In this document: positions 1 through 12,740 of the stretch, in pieces | How positions within the stretch are numbered: the stretch's first letter is position 1 | Layout of the letters: each line of letters opens with the position of its first letter | Origin: the human T2T-CHM13v2.0 reference genome, Homo sapiens | NCBI RefSeq assembly: GCF_009914755.1 | Contig: NC_060927.1 | Direction: 5' to 3' (one strand) | DNA: 64,000 nucleotides | Notes under the pieces: generated by a model | Databases searched by the model: none | What the model was told of the DNA's origin: nothing | What the model saw: only the letters and a program-made list of their open reading frames with translations | Program-made: the position numbers and the translations under genes

Positions 1-481
1 CAGATGTTTTGCTTCTCTAAGAATTAACGATGTGCCTAACAGTTGGTAAAATTTAATAAATATTTGCTTTTCCTCACATTCCTGTATATCTATTATGAAG
101 AGTCTCACACAGGTAAGTCATTTGTTTTTTTCTAAAATATTCCTCACAGATACAAACGTTCAAAATGTGTGACAGGTTGAACTAAATATGCTAACTAGAC
201 ACCTAATCAGGTCAGTTTTTGCTGAGCTGAGGAATCAAAGAGAAAAATGTAATTGAATGTCAGAGAAGCAAGTAAAATTCCCAGGCACCAAGGAGGTCCT
301 CACGCAATCAGAATGAGGAAGTCACAGGTATCGCCAGAGCACTGTGTTGGTAGCAGCTGCTTTCCATGACTTGGGCCTTCACCCCAAGGGTCAAGTGGGT
401 TATAAAGTGGCATGTTAAACTGCCACCCCCATGCCACATCCAATGGGATGCCACAGGGACAAGGAACCACATATTATTTAC

Positions 482-571
482 CTAGTTTGGTCTGCAGTGT
501 CTCTGGGCGTGGCGTGGTTTTATGTTTGGGACGTGGACGACGTGTTCTTGTTCGTTGCGATGTTTTTGGAG
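482..571 (-). CDS. ABI3BP: W25, 90 nt, phase 1-1: (A)PKTSQRTRTRRPRPKHKTTPRPETLQTKL
   Basis: Acceptor tcctttctttag, donor TAG|gtaaat; paralogous to W19. Confidence 0.9.
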   Translation of the reverse strand, partial: LQKHRNEQEHVVHVPNIKPRHAQRHCRPN

Positions 572-1398
572 CTAAAGAAAGGAAACTGGTTATTGTAGTC
601 ATATGACTCCAGAAACCAAAGAAAGGATTACACATGGTTCTAGGTTTTCTAAAGTTTTCCTAAGTCTTGAGAAATTTGTCTCTTTGGTTTAGAATTTTCT
701 TCTGATCATCTATATGCAAAAATATGTATTTTTGGTCTACTGACAGGTCTTTTGAGACAGATGGAATATATGTAATTTAAAAAAATAAACTGCAACTTTA
801 TTATTAGTTGCTGGTATAGGATTTTCAAAGAGGGCCCAGACCCAAGGGAAGTCAGACATAGGCACGTAGACATCACATCAGAGAGGGACCCAGGCCTGCC
901 TGCTTTTGGGAGAGCGTACTAAGAAATTACTTGGCTCAGACACACATTCCATTACAAGTTATTAGTATAAACACATTTTGTTTTCTAAAATAGTTGGTAG
1001 ACAATAAAAATTCTCTGTATATCTTAAAACAACAGAAAGTAAGATGCCCACAGAATTATAATTGATATTTATCAGGCAGACATTCCTAATTGTATTTGAA
1101 ATTCAGTTTTAACATAGAACACTACTGGAGCAGAATCACAGGCTCTGTCAAGCATTAATAAAGCTGGATAATATGGGAAAAATGGGACACAGATGCTGTT
1201 CACTAGTGGCGTATGGGCTTATAACCAAGTAACTTGTTTTAAGCACTTTCAATACATTCAAAATGAAGAATATAGTTCAATGACAAGAGGATGATGAGAA
1301 AATCTTATGAAAGAAAAAACCCTTAGCCCAAATAGTGATGGAATAGACTAGACAATGAGCAGAAAAAACTCATACTTAAAGACATAAGAGGTCATTAC

Positions 1399-1458
1399 CT
1401 AATGTTGTCACTGTAGCCTCAGTTCTCACAGTTACAGGCTCAATGTCTGTGGTGGGAA
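1399..1458 (-). CDS. ABI3BP: W24, 60 nt, phase 1-1: (V)PTTDIEPVTVRTEATVTTL
   Basis: Acceptor gcttttggttag, donor TAG|gtaatg. Confidence 0.88.
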
Positions 1459-2921
1459 CTAACCAAAAGCAATACAATAAACAATGGAGATTAAGAAATA
1501 CAGAAAAACAAAGTTATTTTGAAAATGAATCTTCTTAACCCTTTAATGTTTTAAATACATTTCTGAACTCTGGGAAAATAGTATTTGTTTTCCCCTAAGT
1601 AGCCAAACTATCATATCCATTTATTTCACAAAATACCCATACCCTTTGCATCCCTATAAGGGCAATGAAAAATATTTTTCTGTATTTCATTATCTGATTC
1701 CAACAACATAAAAAACCTGGATCCAAGAAAATCTTAGTTGTCCAATATATAATTTTAAAGTACTCTAAAAATTTGTTATAAAAGCTTCTGTTGGTATTTA
1801 AAAAGTTTTCACCACCATTATTAATTTGTTTTGAGAGTGGTAGTTGTGAGGAGAATTAGAAAGATGTTTTCAGTCTATTTACTGGAGATTTGTGAGAGTT
1901 GTGCAAAAGTCTTGTACGTTTTATTTGTAATAAATGTGATATTGCTTCTTACTCTGCCTCCTTATTCATTTATTTCAAATTGCTAATTAGGAGATAATTA
2001 TTCAAGTAGAAAACAGAGATAATTAAGAAGAAGGTCTAAAAGGTAATAATACAACTTTTTGTCTAGATATAAAGGATTTCTATAACATTCTGAAATTGAT
2101 TATACATAGATATAAAATTAATCAAGAATTGTAACTCTCTGGTATTAGCATCTCCATTTATCTTTCACTAAACCCAGAAGGCTAAATGTAACATTCAAAC
2201 ATCTCATCCTCAAAAACTCTTTAGGCATTTATAGAGAGGCTGACTTTCTCTTATTGCTCAAGACATCATAGCACAAAGTTGGTTTAAGCCACCACTGAGA
2301 GCATCTTCAGAACTAAAGGCATATATAATAGAAGAGATGGAGGAAGTCAGGACAACAGGATGACAACAATATTTATAATTAATTGCCTTCAAACAAAACA
2401 GAGAATCCTTATTTTGTTGGGAATTTTGCATCGCAAGATGAATTTAGCAACAGAAAGATCAATTTGCATATGAATAATGTGGAACAGGAAGAAAGGACTT
2501 TTGTGAGAAAGAAACAGTTATGTACCATCATGAGCTCCTTATAAACACATTGAGGACAAACTCCAACCAGCTTTTTCATTGCTCCCCTCCCACATCCATA
2601 AATTGTACCCACAAAGAAGCAGAGGTTTCAAAAAATTTTCTGGTTTGAAAGATGGATATAGACAGAGTGACTGTGACTCAAGCAATCTGAATGTCTCTGA
2701 ATGTGATCGAAGAAAGAATAACAATTATGTGTTACAAGCTGAGCAGCAGATGTAAGGATGCCTAATGATGTTAAAAAGGCCCCTGTTGAAAATAGTGAAA
2801 ATTTTTAAAAATGAAAACAAAAATGGTGAATGACAATTGTGCATATTATAGCTAATGAAAAAAGAGATGAGAGGCGCAAGCTCAGAGAAACATTGGCCAA
2901 GAAGGAAGAAAGCATCATTAC

Positions 2922-2969
2922 CTATGGTCATTGAGGGAGCTTCAGTTTCAAATGGAACAGGCTCAGAGA
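2922..2969 (-). CDS. ABI3BP: W23, 48 nt, phase 1-1: (V)SEPVPFETEAPSMTI
   Basis: Acceptor ttttttatgatgcag, donor TAG|gtaatg. Confidence 0.87.
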
Positions 2970-3269
2970 CTGCATCATAAAAAATAAACAGATATAAGTA
3001 ATAAAAGCAAGGAAGTCTAAACTTTTGGGTGCTCATTGGTGTTTAATTCAGAGGACACAGAGTCTAGTTTATTCTAAATTAATATAAATTGCCTTCTTGA
3101 TAGGCTTATTTATTATGTGAGATGCTTCTTAGCAAATTAAAATTTTATACTAATTGGAATCTTGGGAGAAAATTTCAACTGCAAAACAGTTGGATTCTGA
3201 GAACTGTTATATAAATATCTTCTTATGTGGTAGAAAATTACTCAGTTAACAGTTACTGTTTAAAATGTT

Positions 3270-3580
3270 GGCCGGGCACGTTGGCTCATGCCTATAATCC
3301 CGGCACTTTGGGAGGCCAAGGCAGGTGGATCACCTGAGGTCAGGAGTTCAAAAGACCAGCCTGGCCAACATGGTGAAACCCCCGTCTCTACTAAAAATAC
3401 AAAAATTAGCCTGGTGTGGTGGTGGGTGCCTGTAGTCCCAGCTACTAAGGAGGCGTAGGCAGGAGAATCACTTGAACCTGGGAGGCAGAAGTTTCAGTGA
3501 GCCGGTTGCACCACTGTACTCCAACCTGCGTGACAGAGCAAGACTCCATCTCTAAATAAATAAATAAATAGAATAAAATA
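3270..3580 (+). mobile_element. Alu (AluS-like)
   Basis: GGCCGGGCACG start, dimeric body, (TAAA)n tail, taaaatgt TSD. Confidence 0.95.
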
Positions 3581-4007
3581 AAATGTCAATAGAGTATTTT
3601 AGAGGAAGCTAATCCCTGACTAGCAAGTCTTCTTTTCAGTTGTGCCTATAAATGAAGAACAGTGTCAGCCTTCTGTGTGTACTAACAGTGGTTACTAAAA
3701 TGACTTTCAAAAATGTTTCAGATACAGAAAACTCAGGCTTCTGTTCATTACAAATTCAGAAAATAGGCCTAAAAAAGCTTTAAGAAAATGAAATGCCAGT
3801 CAATCAGGTATAAAATTTACTAATTTCCTACATATTGACTTTTTCATTTAGCACTTAAAACATCAGTGTGGCTACTTGGAGAAGATAATGAACAAAATTA
3901 TGGTATTTGGATTTCTATGATTTATATGATATGACAGATTGGAAACATTTTCAGCAATGTTTCCAAAGAAAATCCTGTTAAGCTAAAGCACTGGAAATTA
4001 TGTTTAC

Positions 4008-4082
4008 CGGATTTAGTTGGTGGCATGTCTGGTTCTGCTGTGGTTTGGGGTTTAGGAAGTAATTGTTTTGGTGGTTTTGAAC
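4008..4082 (-). CDS. ABI3BP: W22, 75 nt, phase 1-1: (G)SKPPKQLLPKPQTTAEPDMPPTKS
   Basis: Acceptor attttcttcag, donor CCG|gtaaac; separated from W21 by a 117-nt intron. Confidence 0.88.
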
Positions 4083-4199
4083 CTGAAGAAAATTAGAGTG
4101 CCATAATTAGTGTTACGGCTGAGCTGTGAATGTGGAGATTAATGTTACTTACACATTGTTTTCCTATTTATAGATCAAGGCATTGAAAGTAATGATTAC

Positions 4200-4262
4200 C
4201 AGGCTGAATTTGAGGTGCATCTGGTCTGTGTGTGGTTTTAGGTCTCTCAGATGGTTTTGAGG
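4200..4262 (-). CDS. ABI3BP: W21, 63 nt, phase 1-1: (A)SKPSERPKTTHRPDAPQIQP
   Basis: Acceptor ctttttctttag, donor CTG|gtaatc. Confidence 0.88.
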
Positions 4263-5366
4263 CTAAAGAAAAAGGTATTAAAATTACCACAATGGGTCAT
4301 GGCTGTGACTGTCAAAATTAAGGACAATTATGCAGAACAAAGACACTATATAAATTCAACGAATCTATAAACATTTCTGGGGTGTGGGAAGGGTGAAAAG
4401 AGTGTCTATTTTAACTACACACTAGCATAATTAGTTTTTCCAGAAAGGAAAATTAATTACTAAATGCTCAAAATGTGTTTTTGAGCAAAAGTAATGAGGA
4501 CAGTCATAAGACATTTTTCCTATATAAATAATTTCAAAATAGACAAAGTATATTAGTTCTATGTCTTTGATCAAAAGGTTTTCTTCAGTATACAAACAGT
4601 AAGGTAGAAATCTGATTGCTTAGGAGGCGATCTGGAAGTAATCCATAAACATTTGAAATTACACATGAGAAATAATGTTACATGGCTGCCGATGTCTGGG
4701 ATTTCCCAAAGTAAAGCCATGATAGATTTTGAGCGCTAAGAAACTATAATGAAATGATTATAATCAAACAGTATTAGTACTAAAAACAATAAAACCAGTT
4801 TGGGACTTTTAATGCTGTCAAGTTCCAAAGACCATCACTAGTTTTACATTGGATTCTAGATCAAGAACGATCTTGGTTCCTCTCGCTATCCATACCTATT
4901 CAAAAACATTTTTCAAAGAAACAGAAGAGCCGAAGAAGCCATTATTTCATGCAGCTTTTTAAAAAGAAGAAAGTCCTAGAAGTTGAATCAGTAAAGCAAT
5001 GAAATGCTAACCATGGCACTGGAGTAAAATTTTGCCATTTGTTCAGTTCAGGATGAGCACAGAGGTCCCTGTCTGAGAAGGAGTTGATGGCTTTCTCAAC
5101 CCCACGACACATATAGGGCAGACAGAAGGTCAGCAGAGAACCAGGAAGTTGTGTCCAAGACCACAGACCTTCCCTAAATGAGCACACTGGATTGTTTTAG
5201 AACTCTCCTATCTTTAGGATCTTCAGACCCAGACAGGAAAGGTGAGGAAAAGCGTGGGATGAAACTGTGATGAGGTGGTGGAACTGCAGTCATGCCTGTA
5301 ATGGAGAGTGGGGAAAGCAAAAGCTACAACCCGTGAAAGCAGCCGTGGTGGAGGGAGTAGAATTAC

Positions 5367-5414
5367 CAGTTGTGGGCACCAAGGGCTCCGGTTGTATCGT
5401 GGCAGGTTCCAGAG
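5367..5414 (-). CDS. ABI3BP: W20, 48 nt, phase 1-1: (A)LEPATIQPEPLVPTT
   Basis: Acceptor ttgcttctgtag, donor CTG|gtaatt; visible within ORF-track 5290..5478. Confidence 0.87.
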
Positions 5415-5869
5415 CTACAGAAGCAAATACCAAAAACATGAAATATTTCAAGAAGTGGCATCGTGAGGAGGGAGACATTATGCCTCAAGCTGGGACACTA
5501 CCTAAATGATGCATTTTTTCTGAATGTGATTTTCCCTTTTACAGTTCCCATTTTCCTTTCTCCTTGTTGCTTTCCCACACCTCATCTGCCATGAATGTAC
5601 ATCATAAGATTTCAAGGTGCTTTACTTTAATAATTCACTTAATGGGCCAGCTTTCTGCTGTGTGTACCTAATAACTATGACTGAGAGTATAAACATATTA
5701 TATAAAATATTACATATATAAAATGAATATAGAAACTGAGTACAGATGCTCAGTTATAAAAGTCAATTCCACTGGTTCCTAAAGCCCAGTTGCTCAAGTA
5801 GCTGATATCAAACCAGAAGCTGCCATATTCCACTTTCTATGTTAATTGGAACCTGAATATCACATTTAC

Positions 5870-5962
5870 CGGGTTTGGACTTGGGCACTTCTGGACTAGG
5901 TGTGGTTTTAGGGCGGGGACGGGGGCGGGGGCGACGACCTGGTCTTTTGGTCTTTCGTGGTG
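5870..5962 (-). CDS. ABI3BP: W19, 93 nt, phase 1-1: (A)PRKTKRPGRRPRPRPRPKTTPSPEVPKSKP
   Basis: Acceptor tttctttcttcag, donor CCG|gtaaat; CpG-rich relative to the flanking intron. Confidence 0.9.
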
Positions 5963-6617
5963 CTGAAGAAAGAAAATTAGCAAGTTAATACAAGAAGGGT
6001 GGATTTACAAACTGATGATAAATATTACATCCATCTTAGAAGGACATTTAAACCCTTTGATTTACTGTGGACATGTTTCCATCTGTTTTGCAAACTTCTA
6101 TCATTATTTATGTAGTTAAATGAGGTCTTGAATAATTTTTTTGTCACAGATTAATAAACTGTCCAAGAGATCTGTCTGTTCTTCCATTTTGAGATGGAAA
6201 ATCTCAAAACTTTGTACAGCTTAGAGAAGATAGTCACTCAAAAATATTGAAGGCATATGTTCAACAGGAACATGAGAAAGGTTGCTTTTATAAAGCCATT
6301 TGGGATAAAAATTAAAATTTGGCCTAAGATTTAAACAGAGAAATTTTTCACTTAGCATTTAAAATATCCACAAATCAACAATATATGCAGAAGGCTTTAA
6401 ATTCACTAATTATGTCAGGACAGGCAACTTTTAAAAAATGAGATACAGTTTATAAACTATACCTATAGGAATTAACTTTTTTTTCTGAAGAACAGAGCAC
6501 TCACACACACACACAAAGGGACATTAATGTATTAATTCATTAATGTGAGTCTGTCAACACAGATACCAGCAGACAGGAAAAGAAGAAACAAAGGTCACCC
6601 ACTCAATACTCTATTAC

Positions 6618-6656
6618 CTAATGTTGTTGAAGGTTTGGTTCCTGGTGTTTCAGGTC
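6618..6656 (-). CDS. ABI3BP: W18, 39 nt, phase 1-1: (G)PETPGTKPSTTL
   Basis: Acceptor cattgtcttag, donor TAG|gtaata; open frame, PTS-rich. Confidence 0.85.
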   Translation of the reverse strand, partial: DLKHQEPNLQQH

Positions 6657-6990
6657 CTAAGACAATGTGAAAAAATCACCAAGAAAGAATCAAGATCAAA
6701 GGAAAAATGACATGTATTTAAAACATGGAATATGCTTAATTTTTAATTACTAGATTGAGCAAATATAAATGGTGAAGCTTTTATCCACATGCAAAGTTTC
6801 TTTTCTACTTCAATAGATTCCTGTGTTTTCGACAAAGCGAACAAAAAAATGTAGCCAGTCAGTTAAGTTTGGAAAGAGAAATGGAACAAAAAGGCATGAT
6901 TCTCACTTGGAATATGTGACTGTAATAAAGTAACCAGCAGTTCATGTTATGAAGGAAAATATGGGTAATTGGCTAAGATGGCATTAGAAC

Positions 6991-7025
<35 letters not shown>

Positions 7026-7401
7026 CTTTTGAAGAAAAAGAAGCTATAAAGATTGGGGTTGGTTTTTCTATTTCTCTCTTTGAGTGGATTTCCTAGTCCG
7101 TGGCACTTTTCAAGAAAATCTGCAAAAGTTAGAGTTTTGAAAGTAAGAAAAACACCTCCAAAAGAGAAAACATAAATATATCCTATGAAAGTCAGGGTCC
7201 TCCCTGGCAATAAACAGGTTAGAACAAGCTCAGGGCATATTCCTCAAATGTAATTGAAGGAGAATAAAGAATCTATCAAATTAAAATTAGTATTGCTTTC
7301 ATGGGTGTCTCAGAACCACTGCTAAGTCAAGCACAGGCTGAGAGTATATCTTCGGGCAAAAATGGCTGGAAAAAGATCTGAAGGAAAATTAAGAAATATT
7401 A

Positions 7402-7713
<312 letters not shown>

Positions 7714-7792
7714 AAACCCAAAGCTGAACAAAGTTGAACATGGAGAGTGTTAAAGATACTTTGTTTTCACTCATTAAAAAAAGCTTTATTAC

Positions 7793-7834
7793 CTATTGTT
7801 GACTGTGATGGCAGTAGAGTCTGAGGTTCTGGGG
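7793..7834 (-). CDS. ABI3BP: W17, 42 nt, phase 1-1: (A)PEPQTLLPSQSTI
   Basis: Acceptor gcttttattacag, donor TAG|gtaata; open frame, PTS-rich. Confidence 0.85.
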   Translation of the reverse strand, partial: PQNLRLYCHHSQQ

Positions 7835-9196
7835 CTGTAATAAAAGCAAGTAATATCAAAAGCAATGCTGAAGAGCACCATCTGAGATAGAAGTGACATG
7901 TTCTTGACTATAAACGGAGTTCTCTCCTGGGTGAATGATTAGGTTCTACTGGCTTCTGCCAGTGAAGTTCAACCTTCCACATCCTCTCTACAAACCACAA
8001 GAATTGAGAATTCTCATTTTTGTTGTTGATCTTTAGCTGTTACCGTCACTTCCCAATATTCTGGTTTGCCTCTGGTGCTGAGGAAATACTAACTTAGAGG
8101 GAGTTCTGGGTAGCCTCTCTGAGGTTGTTCAGAGTGTCCTGTCACCTGCTATTTGTTTCTTGCAGGACAGCCAGGTTCATCCAAGGAAATGGAACAGGCA
8201 ACAGACTCACCACCTGGTACTGTGTCTGTGCTGTTAGTTTGCAATCTCCAGCTTGGCTGGACCTGACGTTCTCTCACAAAAAAGATAAGAATTAAACTTA
8301 TTGTTCAAAAGCGACCACAACTGTTCATATGATGCCTCCTGTATTCACTAGTATCTATCGCTGGTAAACAAATTGGTTCACATATGAAATTTAACCCATT
8401 TGGACTGGTAAACCAATGAGTCCAAAAGCAGTCTCAGATTTCATAAGATGCTAAATTAAATAACAGTATCTAAATATTCTGATAAACTTTCCAATGTTTA
8501 TTCAAACTAGCAATAAGTAAATTAAACTTCATGTTGAATTTAGCTTGGTTACAATATTTGGGCTTAAAAAAAGATTACCCAATAGGTTTCTCATTATTCT
8601 ATCAACAAAAAGTATTGTTTAAGGAGAAAATTAAAAAGGAATTGTTTATTTTTGAAATGGAAAGAAAAAGTTAAGATTCTTTGACTTTTCTTAAAGAAAG
8701 AAACTAATCAATGTGGCTTTCATAGACCATCTTAATAGAACTGAAGTCATTCTTCTACTTATACATTTCTAATATTAGACTTATCAGGAATGATCTCTGA
8801 TATTACTTGACAAGGGAGTGTGGCAGGTTTTGAGAATACGTAGCGACTAAAAAAGAACTATAACAAGTTTCTATGTAGCAACTAACAACAACTACTTCAA
8901 TGGAAAAATATAATAACGCAGGTACAGAATTTTTATTTCTTCTAAAAGCAATGCATAACAGCATAAGGTGCTATTTAAAGGCATTATCATCCATTAACAT
9001 ATCTGTGATCAAAAAATTTTTGTGTTGAGGCTAAAGAGTACAAATTAGGTGCAAAAGAAGCAGGTTAAAGTTGTTTTTAAAAGCCCCGAATTCTGATTTC
9101 TCAAGAACTTGTGCAGAAATAGATTGTAACAGATGAACGGCAAAAGCAGTAGTGATGTGTCAGACTGAAGTTCATATAACAAAGTAAAAATTCTGA

Positions 9197-9310
9197 GTGT
9201 GTGTGTGTGTGTGAGTGAGTCTGTATGACAGAAGAGAGAAGGGAGGAGGGAGAGTGTGTGTATGTGTGAGAGAAAGGAAGGGAGGGAAAGAAAGAGAGGG
9301 AGGGAGAGGA

Positions 9311-9355
<45 letters not shown>

Positions 9356-9470
9356 GGGAAGGGGAGAAGAAAGAGTGTCTGGGAGATGGAGAGAGAGAGG
9401 AGAGTATGCATGTGAGAGAGAGTGTGTGAGAAAGAGAAAGGGAATTGTATGTGTAAGGGAGTGCATGTAT
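9197..9470. repeat. Compound (GT)n/(GA)n microsatellite and low-complexity block
   Basis: Alternating GT and GA dinucleotide runs, e.g. 9311-9357. Confidence 0.95.
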
Positions 9471-12159
9471 AGGTCTAAGTACCTCAGATGCTATAGGACA
9501 AGAAGAAAATAAACATCAATACATGAAATACAATAAATATCAAATAAGCATTCATACCTGAAGATAGCAAACAAAAAATTATTTTGAAACTTCAAGATTG
9601 TAATTCATGTTTTTGATTCTACAAAGTTGCCTTCCACAAGTGAAAAATAAAATTTGCTACTCATTGCATCTTTTAGACTTCACAAAAATTAAAGAACGTT
9701 GTTTTTGAAATTATAAGGAAAAATCTGCATTTTTGAGTTCCTGGCTGAGTTTGAGACCAAATAGGGATAGAACTCCATCAATTAAGCTTCAAAGTCAATT
9801 GCACATAAAAACAGTAAGGTCTATGTTTAGTAAAAATAAATATATCTTCTGACACGACTTCTATTTGACAATCATAAGGTATTATAGGTAAAGGTATAAA
9901 ATGTTCCATAACAAAGCTGAGTGGTCTGTAAATGACTAAGCCACTCATCTCAGCACAAAACAAAGACAAATTTGACTCACATGTGTGTAGGAATGAGAAC
10001 AATTTACAATTCTATCCACGTTGGAAGACGGTCAAGTGAAACAAACACCTGTAATTGGGGGCACCCCCTTATTTTCAGTCCATTAGAAGCTTAAAGATTA
10101 AACCATGAAGGAAACAATTCCCACTGGACGAGGTAGACAAGTTAAGACATGGTAGGTGGCTGTGGTTTTTGAGAAATGCGCTGAATTGTACTTATAAAAC
10201 AAGCCCAAATCAATGTGGATTTTTACTCGTTGACTTAACCACCAAGCAAAGCCAAAGGAAAAGGAGCCTGTAAAGGAAAGTGAAACAGAAAAATAGAAGA
10301 GTGTGCGGAGAGGGCTGGGAAAGGCCTCAAAAAGCTTTGGGTGGTGTATTTGCTCTTCCAAACCTTGGCTAGAAAGAGACATCTTTAGGAGAGCTATAAA
10401 GGTGGTCTGCCCTAAATAAAAATAAATAAAATTTAAGAAGCTAAAATCAAAGCAATGGTTTGCGGAGATCCAGTCATCATCCTGTGTTGCTATGGACCAT
10501 TCAAGGTCCATTTGAGGGCACAGGCCTAGGTGTGGATTCTGAAGTCATTACATTGCTGTTAGAGGAAAAGGGGTGGATTTTCTTTGATGATTAGAAGGTT
10601 TAGAAATCAAAGGAATGTAAACACATTAGCCTCCAAGTAATTCTTCCCATGTTAAAAGGAAATGTCAAATTAAGAAGTCTTTTTGCTCAAACACCTTACA
10701 ATGATAAAAATATAACCTTCCTCCCTCATTTGTATTAAAGAATTTCCTCTCAGAAATCTTGTCTTAGAAACCACTGAAATGAATAACGCAACCTATCATA
10801 TATAAACTATAACCAATGTTTGGAGAAATTTGACTATTTCCAATTTTATGTTGTAATAACAGAAATAATTCATTTGAGAGAAACCTTATTTAAATTTGGT
10901 GACTCAAGCTTGGTAATAGTCCTCTGTTCAAAATACAGCATAGTTACTACTCTATCCCAAAGCTCTCTAAGCATGATTTTTAAATAAGTGTGTATTAAAC
11001 CCTTCTCTCATACAGCTGTCAGAGTTATTTGATTTAAACCACTATTAAGGCTTTTGAGTTTTATTAGCTACGCTTCTTCCCCTGAAAACCCTGAGTGAGA
11101 GTTTTTCATTCCATTTCTCTGACTTGGAGACCTCATCCATGGTCACAGTGTCAACTATACTCCCTTTGCCTAATCCCTAATTTCCTTCCGTCTGCACCTA
11201 CACCTGGAAATCTCACTGCTTCTTTACAGGGAGTAATGAGAATTTTTTCTTTAAGCAGTTACATTTTTCTTCCTTAGCCATTTCATTGCAAAAATAAATC
11301 ATACCCACTTTAGCAGAAAATCTCTTGCTTTAATAATCCTACTGTGTAAACATGCCATTAATGGAAATGCAAGTTCAAAATCCATTAAACATTATTGTGA
11401 GAAATAATTTCTTCCCAGAGCTAAGGGTTTAAAATTTAGATAATGATGACACTGAGTGGTGACAAGGTTCCCTGTAGTCAATCTTATAAGTCAACATTTA
11501 AAACTGCCACATGGATTACAGATAGATAAAAAAAACTCCAAGATGTGGTCATTCAATATGTTCCACAATCTTTATGTCTTTTTATGTCTTAAATTATTAT
11601 ATATATAGAATGATCCCTTCCTGCAAAAGCAGCCTTTTTTTTTTTTTTAAAGGAAAACACCACTAAAAATTCCTAAGAGGTAAACAGAGGTCAGTGTTCA
11701 GAAATCAGCCCCAATTTAGAAGTCTTGGAGCATTGGGAAAATACAGGTCTTTCTGGTCTTCTAGCCTGAGAACTGAGAAACTCTAAAATAATGCAGAGTT
11801 CTTAGAAGATAGAAACACTTCTCCCCTTTCCAGCTGAAAGGCTATTGTTCATGAGATTAGAATTCCAGTCAACACTGGTATTGGAAACTATTTTGCAGTA
11901 GTAGACAAGGGAGTTCGCAATCATTCATATCATTACATTTCTGTGTTTTCTCTGTGATGATCATGAACATTGCTCAGAGCAATGCTGTGATATCACAGTG
12001 GCTATTTATGATTAGATCATTTCATTGCATGCTTACACTTTTCATGGAAAAATGTAACAAATGTCAAAATATAAATCAGAAATTCTTGCTCCAAATAATT
12101 GCAAAGAACTTGTTTTCAACCCCACTTTTGGAATATTCAAAAAAGTTTAGGGTAATTAC

Positions 12160-12234
12160 CAGGTTTGGTGTGTGTCACTTCTGGGCTGAGAGGGATTTTA
12201 GGTTTCAGAGAAATAAATTGTGTTTTACCGGGAG
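12160..12234 (-). CDS. ABI3BP: W16, 75 nt, phase 1-1: (A)PGKTQFISLKPKIPLSPEVTHTKP
   Basis: Acceptor ctttatttttccag, donor CTG|gtaatt. Confidence 0.95.
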
Positions 12235-12645
12235 CTGGAAAAATAAAGAAACAAAATAATAAACAAATCAATATTTAGGCATTTCAGTGTCTAAAAACAC
12301 AGAAGGAAAACCTAGAAATAAACTATACATTAAATGGAATGAACTCATCGTCTTGGAAGATTTTGGAAATATTCCATTAAGAGAATATTTCATGATCCAT
12401 TCACAGAGAAGTAGTTAATTTTATCTTGTTTAGAAAAAACATTTCAAGAGTATATTTAATCAACAAATATAGCATTACTACTAAATAGTCACAGTAACTA
12501 CTCAAAGTAAAGATAGTTCTTATAATCTATGATTTTTAAAAATCAGTCTAATTATTTTGCACCCTTACTTCATATTTCTCAATCTCATCTAAGTCTGAGC
12601 ACTAGGGGGAAAAAACACCATGTTTTACAATTAATATTCACTGAC

Positions 12646-12740
12646 GTATGTGCAGGATGTACAGGTTTGTTATATAGGTAAACTTGTGCCATGGTGGTTT
12701 GCTGCACCTATCAACCCCTCACCTAGGTATTAAGACCAGC
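12646..12740 (-). mobile_element. L1 (L1PA/PB-like) 3' end fragment
   Basis: tgtgcaggatgtacaggtttgttatataggtaaacttgtgccatggtggtttgctgcacctatcaacc is the antisense primate L1 3' UTR end. Confidence 0.8.

Noticed and set aside
6993-7022. T30 run (A30 on the gene strand) as a retro-insertion or poly(A) site
   Set aside because: No TSD or element body found; more likely a simple repeat and an oligo-dT internal-priming artefact source.
8044-8077. Exon-like segment (ttcctcag|CACCAGAG...|gtaaca)
   Set aside because: 34 nt, not a multiple of 3, contains an in-frame TGA; too little support.
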